A stretch of DNA of 59,062 nucleotides, the filler included, from Stramenopiles sp. TOSAG23-2 (lineage: Eukaryota): NCBI GenBank assembly GCA_900128395.1. It is 6 parts of 6 records of this genome, joined end to end, with 100 filler letters (N's around TTAATTAATTAA, not from the genome) between each part and the next. Parts side by side here need not be neighbours in the genome. Positions count along the whole stretch, not along the records: positions 29,610 to 39,367 come from LT650081.1; positions 39,468 to 49,218 come from LT650082.1; 4 more parts are not named here. The stretch is one strand, 5' to 3'. The translations under genes were made by a program, and so were the position numbers. This document shows, one piece after another, positions 32,947-45,213 of this stretch (positions are counted from its first letter, which is position 1; the number at the start of each line of letters is the position of its first letter). The notes under the pieces are model-generated. The model worked only from the letters and a program-made list of their open reading frames with translations, was not told the origin of the DNA and did no database searches.

Positions 32947-35900
32947 TTTATCAGCTAAGATTTTCTTTGTTTTAATTAATGTACCAAGTGACATAGTATC
33001 AATTTTTGTTGGACTTATTACTTTAGATTTCTTTTTCCTTTTGCTTTTCATTTCATCATTTTCTGTCGCAGGTCCCTTTTTAATTGCTGAATCTTTTTTG
33101 ATAGCATTATTTTTGTCATTTCCAATGCCACCCTTATTATTATTAGTGCTAAATAAATTATTTACAAGCGCAGCTTTGTCGTTTCTTAAATCTCCTATTG
33201 TATTACGACGTTTATCATTTTTTTTTGGTGCTGCTGGACCAATCGTTGACAAACTACGGATTATTGTATCTGCAGTTTCTATATCATTTAAATTTCGAAT
33301 TGATTTTTTACGTTGAAGTTTTTGACGATGTGCCTTTTCCAATCGTAATTTCTTAGCTTGCTTTTTCATAGTTTGAAACATGATCATAAATGGTAATATT
33401 TGTTTTAAGGCATATAATGCCACTGCTGAATTGATTCCAACTAAAAATATTTCAATAAAAAGCATATACCCTTGTTGTTCTTCAACACCATCGACAGTTT
33501 TTAATATTAATCCACAATACATTGTCAACGTAATAGCAACACTTGCCATGGCAGCTAAATGTCTAATCGGCCCTTCAATATGTGGTTTATATGCCAAAAG
33601 GAAGCATAAAAAGAATAAATCAAACATGACAACAATAACTACTTGTAAATCTTTTCCTGGGAAAATTAATGCTACAATACCAGTTAAAAATAACTTTTGA
33701 AGCATTTCCCATATATCCCATAAATACGTCTCTCGGCGATAGATTGCATATAAAAAGCCAAGTCGATTTAAAACATGGCGATCATCTAAATGGTCTCGTT
33801 TTTTCCATAATTGATATGCAAAAAATGCTGGTATTCCAATTGGATATATTATAACAGCTATTATTCCATATATCAAATTATCCTTATGCTTCCCATTCCA
33901 ACATTCAATGGTAAAATCTTTAACAAGATAAGATTTTCCATCATAATATTCAGAACATCGAAAATACTCTATAGCACGACGTGATATAGGTGGATATATT
34001 AACAAGATAATCCACATGGTAAATTGCAATACACGATTTGTAAACGTATCTCGCATGGATTTTTTAAAGGACCGTCCATATTTTCGTTTATACATCATTA
34101 ATCTTATGAAATATGCAGTCGAGACTACTAGTAAAAGTAAGATTGGCATCGACATCATGGCATTGAAACTATCAAAAAAATCATATTTCACTAAACAACC
34201 AACACCTGTGACTGATATGAAATCAAAATTAAATGGGGATGTTAAGCGCAAAAAATTAAGAAAACTTTTTGGCCATGGAATCTTAAATGCACTATCTGAG
34301 ACACTTAAAATTTGAATAAAACCAATAAATGATTTCACAGCAGCGGATGCAGATTTCATAAATTGCTTCACATTTTTTATTTGTTGCCTATCAAGCATAC
34401 GTGCATTTGAGCTTTTATGATCTATAAACGTTTTTGTTGCACTTCTCCAATGTGCTTTGCTATCTTTCACATACATGGTACGGCATAGTGCAAGTAAAAA
34501 CATTGCAAATAAACCACCAAATACTAAAAAGATAACAACCCGACTTTCGTCTTTTCTGTAATGAAGGAATGGGGAAACACCGTCGGGACAGCGTATATGT
34601 TAGGATTTATTTTTTTTCACGATTTTTGTTTGGAAGAGGCGAAATTGGAAAAAAAAATCATACTTACGTTTTCGGACATACGAAACAAAATTCATCCGAT
34701 AAATAATAACCCTCACTGCAAATACCACATACTACACCGGTAAAACCGACTTCGCATCGACTTTTTACACATGTTGTATTTTTGGTACCATTAACCACCT
34801 GTACTGATGAGAAACCACCTTTACATGCACCCTTATACGGGCATTTGTAATACGTATCACTTCTCGTCCCTGCCGTCCACCAACCTTTTACCGCATAGAT
34901 TCCATCCCATTCTGCATCAATCGTTTCACAATCAGCACCAATTGGATGTGGGCAATTAATGCATTTCAATGCTCCATCATTTTCAATCTTTGCATATTGC
35001 GATGGTATTCGACGTGGATCATTGCAATGATCAATCGTCCATTCAACAAACACTGGCGAACCGTCTCGAAGACCTATATCAGAGACTGCACGTGCTTCCA
35101 AACGATGCCTTCCATACAACAAAAGTGGTGTATTTAACGTGCAAAGCGTAGAGATAGTGGTTCCAGGACATGGCAATTCTTGATATGGACCACCATCTAA
35201 TTTCCATTCAATTTTAACAACTTCAGGATTTGGCGAATAAAATTGAAATGTTGCCTTTTGCCATGCACTGAGTGTGGGAGGAGAAAAAGTGATATTTGTG
35301 GATGGTTCTGACCCAATTTCAGGTACGATTACATCTACAAATTCACCAACTAGATTTTCGCTTGCAATACCGTCATTTGTTGCATTGTATTTAGGATCTA
35401 AGCTTTGTGGAATTAATTTAATAACCATCTCTCCTCTTGGTGCACCAGACTTTGCCCTAAATTTTAATTCATAATTAATACTGTTCCAACTGTTCTTTGG
35501 AATCAATACGGTATCATTGCTATTAAAAGTTTCATCATAAATGATTTCAATTTTATTTGATGGAACTTGGACTTGAATTGTTACGTCATGTACCGGTTCA
35601 GATGCAAAACGTTCAATTGTAATGCTTTTTGCATCTTCGTCAGGTTGCAATGTTAACAACTTATTCTCCAACAAAATAACCTTAGCCGTATCATCATCTG
35701 CTGCATTGACAGCTGCCAATAAATCACGTCTCGTCGCCTTTTCATAAAATACAGGATCACTTGTAATAATATTGTGAAAAATGATGAAATCCAATAAATC
35801 ATGATCAACATGATTTGGCATAGATGAATACGTAAAACGTTGATATTGACTCCAATTTGATGGCGTGAATGTCATAAATTTTGGATGCCCGACTAATTGT

Positions 35901-38314
35901 GGCGGATTAAGTATGTTCGCACCATCAGTTAAAGTGATGTTAGGCTCCACACGCACAATTTGTGTTGGTTGCGTATCTAATCGAACACCATATTGAAACG
36001 TGCTGCCTTCTAAATTAAAAAATGATAAAAATTTAACATCATACATGTACTGATCGTTTGCATCTATTGTCCATAATTTCACATCTGCTTCATCGTCGTT
36101 AATGATGTTAACTGTAAGTACACGAGTTGGACTACTTTTATATTGTAGATCCGTTGATTTTAAGGTGTGAAGTATTTCGCACGTATATGCAATTGCATCT
36201 GTACCTTCATCAATTAAATTACCACTTGTTGCTAATATAATCAATTCTTGTGTGTTGTTACCATCGTTTGCAAGAATTGTAATATTAGAAGGGATTAAAG
36301 TGCAATGTAATCCTTCAAGAGAAGAGGTGGCTTCCAAATAAATTATAACATCTGCTGTAGGTGTCATACCGAATGTCAAACCAATGTTGTATTCAAAATT
36401 TGCATCTTCTAGAACCATCTGATTGCCTACAGGTATACCCGTAATTTCACCTTTATCAGTATCATATGTAAAGGAACTTTTAATATTTTGGTTTCTTACA
36501 ATGATCTCAATATCACGTGTTACTCCTGAAGAACCAACTCCAGTAAATTGGCATTGTAGTAATTCTGAATTTGCGGTATCTAGCTTTGGATCTGCACAGT
36601 TTATAGCACAACCATTGTCGTCGTATACTAATACGGTAATCAAGCTCATATCAGTACCAAAATCTGTCCCTGAAATTTGTATAGTTCCACCATTAAATGG
36701 CGGAGACTCTACACCTGTAATGTTTGGTAGTTTGTAAGAATATACTGCTTGTGATGATGCTGAATAAAGAGACGAGTCAATATCATTAATAATTAATTGG
36801 ACAACGATATTGCCACCAACACCTGCCGGTGAAATGGCTTCAATAGATGTTTCACTTTTATATGCAATACTAGTCCATTCCTTTCCATTTGTTTTTATGA
36901 TAATATTATTATCACTAAAACGAAATCCAGTGAATGTTGTTGCAATGCCTCCAGCTGATGTTTGGTTATTGGGACTAATATTAGAAATAAATGGTATTGG
37001 ATAACAATCGTTTTGATTGTCTTGTAGTGTTACATCGTATGGATTAGTTTGTGGTTTTGTTGTTGTATTTGTTGCACAAGGAGTGCAAGAAACAGCACCA
37101 TCATCCCCGGAATAAAATCCGGAAGCACAATCTGTACAAACGCTAACTGAAGTAGCAGCAACTTCTGCGGAGGATTTGCCTGCAACACAGGATATGCAGA
37201 CATCAGCTGAATTGGCGTCAATTTCCGTCAACGAGTATTTTCCCGCGTTGCAATCTGTACATGCGCCCATCCCAGCTGTTGCAGAATATTTTCCTGCAGC
37301 ACAATCTTGACAAACACTATCTGAAATAGCACCAATTTCTGCGGAATATTTTCCTGCATCACAAGTTTCACATATGGAAGCAGCAGGTCCTGAATAATTT
37401 CCCGCTGAACAAACTTTACAAACAGTGTGTATGTTCGCACCTACTTCCGCGGAAAATTTTCCTGCATCACAATCTATACAAGTGTCTGAATCAGCACCAG
37501 GTACTGTTAAATATTTTCCTGCAGCACAATTTGTACAAAAACTTTCTTCGTGAGCGCCTCCCTGTGAGGACCATTTTCCTGCCAAACAATCTTCACAATC
37601 ACTAGCTTTATCCGCTCCGTTTGTTGTTGAATATTTTCCTGCAGCACAATCTGTGCATGCAATTTTAGAATCTGGAGAAAATTTACCTGCATCACAAGCA
37701 GTACAATCAATCCCCCCTTCTGATGCTAATGTATCTGTAATACTACCTGCAGCACAATCTGTGCATGCAATTTTAGAATTTGGAGAAAATTTACCTGCCT
37801 CACAAGGAGAACAACTACTTCCCCCTTCTACAGTCCCAGTATCTGTAATACTACCTGCCTCACAATTCTCGCATACGTTTTCAGTTGCACCTACTTCCGC
37901 GGAATACATCCCCACACCACAAGATACACACTGTGTTGCATTGGAATTGCCCCCCCTGTATTTTCCTGCCTCACAATCTTTGCATGCAAGTGGGTCGGAT
38001 TGCTCATTGTTGTATTTACCTAGTCCACACTCCACACATTTATTATTATTGTTTATATCTTTATAGGTTCCTATTCCGCACATTTCACGACATGGAGGTA
38101 TAGGATTACCATTTGGATCTCTAGCACCACAACGTGAGACTTCATACATGAGGTACATTTCTATCTTACAACACTTGCCTGGCTGGCAGTTAGTGTCGCC
38201 ATCACAACATATTTTACAATCTGCTGGATATACCTGACCAACGCACGAACCAAAATTCCAGTAGAAGAACATCAAAAATAAAACAACACGTATTAATAAA
38301 ATGGTCATATTCAT
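32878..38314 (-). CDS. Large cell-surface receptor-like protein: signal peptide, CxxC-AGKY (GCC2/GCC3, TNFR-like) repeats, IPT/TIG and Calx-beta-like domains, multi-TM C-terminus; 2 exons (38314-34668, 34555-32878), about 1774 aa
   Basis: Many C-x2-C-x-AGK[YF]S repeats; ISNISP...GG (IPT); IINDDEA; GTAAGT donor at 34667 and CAG acceptor at 34556 join the two ORFs in frame; TM domain with IPWP, YLVKDFTIECW, YPIGIP and RLGFLYAIY. Confidence 0.88.
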
Positions 38315-39367
38315 AGTGGTGCCAAATGCTTTTATATGTGAGATAGACGATAAGATATTACTTCTGACAATAAACAAAAAAAAAATGCGCAGACTGCAAT
38401 AAAATATATTTACCAAAAACGTTACACCAGTTAATACTAATAACGAAATAAATTAATTTGTATATAGATTATTAATTTACTATTTCTCTCTTTTATTATT
38501 TTTATATTTTTATTTGTACAAGGAAGTATATGTACTGTATACTGCCAGACTGGTATAATGTACAATATAATATAATATTAATATATATAATAATAATAAT
38601 AAAAATTCCATAATAAACAGAAGACTTATATTATAATTAATTTGTTGACGTTGGTGGTAGTAGTTATAATAGTATTATATTATTATTATATACAGTATAC
38701 AGTATTAATGAAATTAATTAATAGTAATATTATATTATAGTAAGCGTGAAAATGCGAAAATGTGAAGAACATTCTTCGACTTTCGCACTTTCGGGAGTTT
38801 TTATTTTAGTTTTAGGCTCTGTCTTACACCATTATTATAAGTACGAAATATTAATAGAGTCATTGTTTTTTTGATAGGGACAAATATTTTAAAAACGATA
38901 TTTATATATACGATACAGCATTTGTACTAGAATAAATAATAATTTATACCTACTATAAAATAGATTTATTAATAATAGTAAATAGAGTTAATAAAAATGA
39001 ATACGAAGCCATTATTTAAAAATAAAAAAAGGGACGTTGTTATTATTATACAAGTAGGACCTAGATTAAGCCTGCCCGGCCTGCCTGGACAGCACCACAG
39101 CCTTTTTCTATAATACCTGGTACCTGGTACTATAGTACCTGTAAAATACCAGATTATAATTATTTGCAACAAAGAAGTGTAGTATTTTTTTTACCAGGTT
39201 AAGGTAGTAGTATAATTTCAATAATAGTAACAAGAAGCGTTATTTATTATTATTCATCATCATAATTATAATAATACAGTTGAAAATTATTATATATATT
39301 AATATGAATATGTATTAGGTAGATATCATATTTAAATTGGATCTTTGTCCAATTGAAACAAATATAT

Positions 39368-39467
39368 NNNNNNNNNNNNNNNNNNNNNNNNNNNNNNNNN
39401 NNNNNNNNNNNTTAATTAATTAANNNNNNNNNNNNNNNNNNNNNNNNNNNNNNNNNNNNNNNNNNNN
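39368..39467. other. Artificial contig spacer
   Basis: N44-TTAATTAATTAA-N44. Confidence 0.98.
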
Positions 39468-39468
39468 A

Positions 39469-42276
39469 TCACCAAAACAATCGCCAACTACAACAACAGG
39501 AACAACATCTACACCAAATTCAATCTCACAAATAAACGAAGACGGGTCGGTAGTATGTAAATCTGTTAATGAAAATATCACAAGTTTGAAATCACAATTA
39601 GCAACACTAGAATCAACGTTACAAAGTATTCAAGCCATTTTAACACCATTAGTTGATCGTGCTACAAAGCAAATACACTCAATAATTGCTACGAATAGTT
39701 TATCGTCTCATATAATTGCAAATGCATTAGTGACATTATCAATAACTGGTGCAGCAAGTGGAGATTATATCTCAATATTGCCTCAATCAAATAATGGTTG
39801 TACGAATGCACATTTACATTATTATGTAGTTGATTCTAGCATAACGATAAAATTAACTAGTGGATTGAGTGTTGGTACCTATAAAATATGCCATGCATTG
39901 AAACATGTTGATGGTATATCGTCTTCATCAACAAATTATTGGGAGCAAACCGCAACGCTTTCAGTTGTAGCATCATCGTTTTTATCATTGCAAGTAGAAA
40001 ATGCAGCACCAAATAAATTGACAGCAAATGTAAATGTAAATTTGAATGTAACTGGTGTAACAACGAATGATTATCTATCATTTCTTCCAAGCTCAACTAT
40101 TGGATGTAATACTGCTGCAAGTGCAACATCTAAATTTACATTGTCTGATTCGGCTGCATCATTAGTTATATCTATTCCAACTGCTGGTACGTACAAAGTT
40201 TGTCATGCGTTAGCATCAAGTGGTGGTAATTCAAATGATGATTTTGTTGAACTAAAGGATATATTTACTGTTCAAGCTTCTATGGCTACAATTGTCATCG
40301 AATCAGGAAATGATTTGTACATCAGTACATCAACTAATGTACAAATGAAATTGAATTCAAGTAATGAGCAAATAAATGGCACGATTACATATCTTGAGCC
40401 AAGTATCGTTGGTTGCACTGCAAACAATGTATTATTGTTACAATCAACCGTATCAAACAATGTCTTTACGACACCATTAATAACATCTATTGGAAATTAT
40501 AAAATATGTTTTGATAATGTAGATATTGGACAAAGTATTACCGTACAGAATCGTAATATCACAGCACTTGCTGGCAAATCAACAAGATACTTATCGACAA
40601 TTGTAACGGGCGAACATAATACCACTGATTTTGTAACAATTACTGGTGCATCTGTTTCAATATTGTTAAATAATAATGCAAATAATAACAATATTCAAGT
40701 AAATGATAGTGTTGCCATCGTTTTAAGCACAAATAAAAATTGTGAAAATGCTGCAAGCAATTCCGTATTAATTTCTGAATCGGATAGTAACAATAATGCG
40801 ATATATATTCCAACAGATAAATTACCCACTGTAACTGGATTAGGTAAATTATGTTTTGCTCCAACTGGTAGTAGTAGTAGTAGTACTAATAGTGGTGGTA
40901 TAGTAATAACAGACGAAAGTTTTGTCGACCAAGGTGTACAACTAGAATTTATTGATCCAGAACTTGGATTAATAACATATAAAACATCTCCATCTGGAGC
41001 TACGACATTTTTAACACGATTTGACAGTGTGGCGCTAAGTTCATTTCACATAGCATTTTTATCATTTGATACTATTGGTTGTGAGGGTGCAAATAGTGCC
41101 CGAGCACAATTACCAACAAATGCAGCTGTGGCAGCAGATATTAGTTCTTATACATCGAACTTAAAACTCTGCTTTTCACCGTTAACAAGTACCTCTTCAG
41201 ATAATGATTTTATGGATCAAGGGTATTTAATAAATGGCGATGATCCACAATTATTAATTGATGAGACGTTTAATACAGATGCAATTAATCTTCCAACTGG
41301 AATCACACGCAATACGGCAAATGGTGATTTATATATCTCTTCATCACAAGATGGAAAAATATATAAGATAACAAGTGCTGGTGTAAAATCTGAATTTTAT
41401 TCTGGTTTAAATGAACCGTGGGATATTGATATTGATAGTTCAAATGGCGATGTATATGTTGCAGAAAAAGCAGCTGGTAAAATTACACGTATAGCACAAA
41501 GTGGTACAAGTTACCAATATGCAACTGGGCAAACATTGATAACTGCATTGGCACGGCATGATGCAACTGGTGATATTTACTTTGTTGTTGGATATGCAAA
41601 TGCTATATTGAAAAAAATAACTACTAGTGGTACAATATCGACAATAGAAACCGATTTAACGTTTACGCGGCCAAAAAGTTTATACTTTCGTGAAAATACA
41701 AATGATTTATATATGGCATTAGGTGATATAAAAACAGATTCATTAGATGTTACAGGAACGCCAGTAATATATCATATTGATGTATCAACTGATAATACGA
41801 CGATTACAGAATATTTAACTAATATAGATGGTAATATGTGGATTACGAGTGTATATGCACCAAGTTACGCGCCAAACGACTTGTACATAACAGATTATGC
41901 CTCTAACTCTGTTTTAAAAGTGACTAAATCGAGAAATACATATAAATACGTACATTTCCGTAAAGATTTTAGTGGCACGACATTAGAAGCAATGGCACCA
42001 TATTTAATTATTGGTGATGATACAAATGGTAATTTATATAGTGTAAATTGGTGGGCAAATGCAAAAACGACGAGTAGTAGTAATTATTATAATAAAGACA
42101 TTGTTGATAATGTAGTAAAGATAACCGATTATCGTTTTGGTGATAGTTATAATCGGCGGAGGCGTAGATTGATAAATGTGAAAACTGATTTTAATGATAG
42201 AAAAATGAAGAGAGATGATATGATAGGTAATGAAATTGGTGCAATAGGTTTGAACTTTACTGTTTATCAAGATTGA
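39469..42276 (+). CDS. 5'-truncated extracellular-type protein: coiled coil, about five Cys-pair beta repeats, NHL/SMP30-like beta-propeller
   Basis: Frame is open from the contig start; repeats with GC...YK[IV]C(HA/F); propeller blades PTGITRNTANGDLYIS and PWDIDIDSSNGDVYVAE. Confidence 0.8.
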   Translation, partial: SPKQSPTTTTGTTSTPNSISQINEDGSVVCKSVNENITSLKSQLATLESTLQSIQAILTPLVDRATKQIHSIIATNSLSSHIIANALVTLSITGAASGDYISILPQSNNGCTNAHLHYYVVDSSITIKLTSGLSVGTYKICHALKHVDGISSSSTNYWEQTATLSVVASSFLSLQVENAAPNKLTANVNVNLNVTGVTTNDYLSFLPSSTIGCNTAASATSKFTLSDSAASLVISIPTAGTYKVCHALASSGGNSNDDFVELKDIFTVQASMATIVIESGNDLYISTSTNVQMKLNSSNEQINGTITYLEPSIVGCTANNVLLLQSTVSNNVFTTPLITSIGNYKICFDNVDIGQSITVQNRNITALAGKSTRYLSTIVTGEHNTTDFVTITGASVSILLNNNANNNNIQVNDSVAIVLSTNKNCENAASNSVLISESDSNNNAIYIPTDKLPTVTGLGKLCFAPTGSSSSSTNSGGIVITDESFVDQGVQLEFIDPELGLITYKTSPSGATTFLTRFDSVALSSFHIAFLSFDTIGCEGANSARAQLPTNAAVAADISSYTSNLKLCFSPLTSTSSDNDFMDQGYLINGDDPQLLIDETFNTDAINLPTGITRNTANGDLYISSSQDGKIYKITSAGVKSEFYSGLNEPWDIDIDSSNGDVYVAEKAAGKITRIAQSGTSYQYATGQTLITALARHDATGDIYFVVGYANAILKKITTSGTISTIETDLTFTRPKSLYFRENTNDLYMALGDIKTDSLDVTGTPVIYHIDVSTDNTTITEYLTNIDGNMWITSVYAPSYAPNDLYITDYASNSVLKVTKSRNTYKYVHFRKDFSGTTLEAMAPYLIIGDDTNGNLYSVNWWANAKTTSSSNYYNKDIVDNVVKITDYRFGDSYNRRRRRLINVKTDFNDRKMKRDDMIGNEIGAIGLNFTVYQD

Positions 42277-42845
42277 TATGACATATATGTTTTAAAGGGA
42301 AATTTCGCAGTGAAAGTATTTTTATAGTTGATGAGTGGGTGGGTGAAAGTTACTAAGGAAACCCCGCGATGTTATTCGTATATGCATTTTATGGCAGCCT
42401 CAATAGGTGATACGAATAGGTGAAAGTCATGTTGTAGAGGGAAGAAGAAAGAAGAAGAGAAGTATTACGTGGTGCGGTGGAAGTCCAAGATATTTTTGTA
42501 TATATCATATATATATATGTGCCGTTGTGTGAAAGAAACCAAGTGGAGTGCGAGTGTGTCGTCTAATAACAGTATTTTAAAACACATGAATGTCATCTAT
42601 CATCTATATACATGTGTATAAATCTACGGAATGTATATGGTTGTACGTAAAAGTAGAGTGTAACATTTTTAATGAAAAAAGGCTGCACTTTCACGTCCTT
42701 TTTTGTGTGTGTGTTTATTTAAAAAATAATAATAAATTTGAATAAATCAAACTAAAATACTACCTATTACAATATACTATATACAAAAGAAGAAAACATA
42801 TATATATATATATATATATAACAATCATATATATATGTACAAACA

Positions 42846-45003
42846 ATGACGTTAACATCATATGACTTACCATCGAAAAAAGAACAAAAAGAAAATGCAG
42901 TGAAAAAAGTCAAGAAAAAAAAATTATATGCAAAACGATTTGTACAAGCAAATTTATTTTTATTTCCATTATTATTAATTGCACCAACTGCATATCAACT
43001 TACATTGCCAGAACGAGCACCGTTGCCATATAATGCTACAGACGTGTTTGATCAACAACTAGATGAATTAAATCACTTAACAAGAACAAAAATTAATATT
43101 AAGTATTTATATGATGATAATATACAATCTAGTGAAGGCGATGATGTTAGTAGTACTTGTATCAATCGTTTAAATAATATCGATAATAAACATTTCGACG
43201 ATAATAATATAATCAATAAAAATATGAAAACAACAATATTAGATAAAAATAATATTGATTTTTTGAATGAAAATTTTAATGACAATAGTATTATTGATAC
43301 ATATTTATTGAATGATAATTTAATATATGATACAAAAGATGACGTAAATATCCCAGGAATATTTACCTTTATTTTTATCGTATTAAATAATGATGCAACA
43401 ACAAAAGATAATAATAATAATAATAAAATCATTTTAGGACAAAAACGTCATGGATGGATATTTGTATCAAAAGAACAAATGTGTTCATCTACAACTAACA
43501 ATTATCAAACGGAGATCATGAACAAACTACATGATCATTTATCAAATCCTGGACAACATTTACCAAATGGTATTGAGATTATATATCCATCATACCATGT
43601 AACATTGTCATTATTAGTTGAAAATCCAGATGAAAAATTGAATTTAAAATGGAATAATGAAGAATCAAATGGTTTTATCGAAGGTTTTTTGCATCCAAGT
43701 AGTCGTATGAAACGTTTAGGTAAATTTTTCAATGTGTTAAATCAACATATCGTAAGTTGTCTCTCTACATCTCATCATTTACCAAGGAAAAACAATTATT
43801 AACCACATTTTCTATCGACACACACACACACACACACAGGCAACCTTTACAATTGATTCACAATTATTATATTATGTTAAATTAACTGGTGCATTTCGTA
43901 AAGCAATATTAAAAGGGAAAAAACAGACGAAAGACGATGAAAATGAAAAGACAAAGAAAGATAATAAGAATTACAAATTTTCATACGTACGACCAAAAGA
44001 TTTAAGACGTTTTATTAGTATGAATGATCATTTAAATTATGGTTCAGGATTATTAGGTAATTTAGCAAAAGAAGTACATTTTGCTGCATTTATACCATCA
44101 ATAAAACATAGTCCATTGACATTAGGTAAATCAAAAAGTCAAATATTAGAAAATATTATTCAAAAGAATAACAACGAAAAGGATGAAGATAAATATAATA
44201 AACAAATTATACAAACAATTCAACAACAAATGAATGGTTTTATTATACCGCGATGGGGTGGTGTTACAATTATTAATACGAAAAATCCATCCGATGAAGA
44301 TTTAAATAATGATGATTTTCAACGTTTTGAAAGTATGATATTAGCACATGCAAGATCATTATTAGGATTGAATGATCCATACAATTTTCCACCACCATCT
44401 CCGACGACGACGACTACAACAAATAATATGATACAAATAGAGCAAATCAAACCAATTGATTATGGAATTGCTGATTGGGAAATTGATGCAATTGTTAATT
44501 ATAGAATAAAACATCATGGACGAAAACTTACTGAAATGGTAAATGCAACATTAACATTAGCAACGAAAATGTCTGGATTGATTATTCATAAAGAAATTGG
44601 TGAATGTGTTAATCGTGCAGTTGATAATTTAGAACGTTGTATTAATGTATTGAATGGTAATTATAATATTGATACCAATGATCAAAATCGTCGAGATGTT
44701 GCATTTTCATGGTTACGTGATGGATTTTTAGCAGCAGAAGAAGCAAATCGTGATCCATCCATGGTAACGCAACAATATTTTCCAATGGAACAAATGTTTG
44801 CAATATTATGCCCATTGTTATTACCTATTATATTCCCAGTGATCATGGGGGTAACGGAGGCGTATAAACGTGAATGGAAACGATATAAAGGTGAAGCAGT
44901 TAGTGAATCGGATAGTGAGATGGAAAATATTTGGGAAAAATTTGCATTAAGTGAAAGTGATGATGATGAGGAGGAGGGAGATGGAAAGAAGAAGAAGGAG
45001 TGA
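42846..45003 (+). CDS. PIGS: GPI transamidase component PIG-S (Gpi17); 2 exons (42846-43751, 43840-45003), about 689 aa
   Basis: FTIDSQLLYY, HFAAFIPSIKHSPL, FIIPRWGGVTIIN, GIADWEIDAI and DPSMVTQQYFPMEQMFAILCPLLLP; an 88-nt GTAAGT..CAG intron restores the frame. Confidence 0.92.
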
Positions 45004-45213
45004 GAGATATTAAATTTTAAATTACGGGGTGTGTTTATATAAATTTGATTTAAAATATATAAATTAGATAAAATCAGTAATGTGCTAATCTCAGTAATTT
45101 CAGTACCGAAAGTTCTCGTAAACATATCAAGCAACACTTTACGTATTATATTTTTCTTGCGATCTTTTGATCATCCTTCATCTTTCTCTTTCTTATTTCT
45201 TATAGCTATATCT

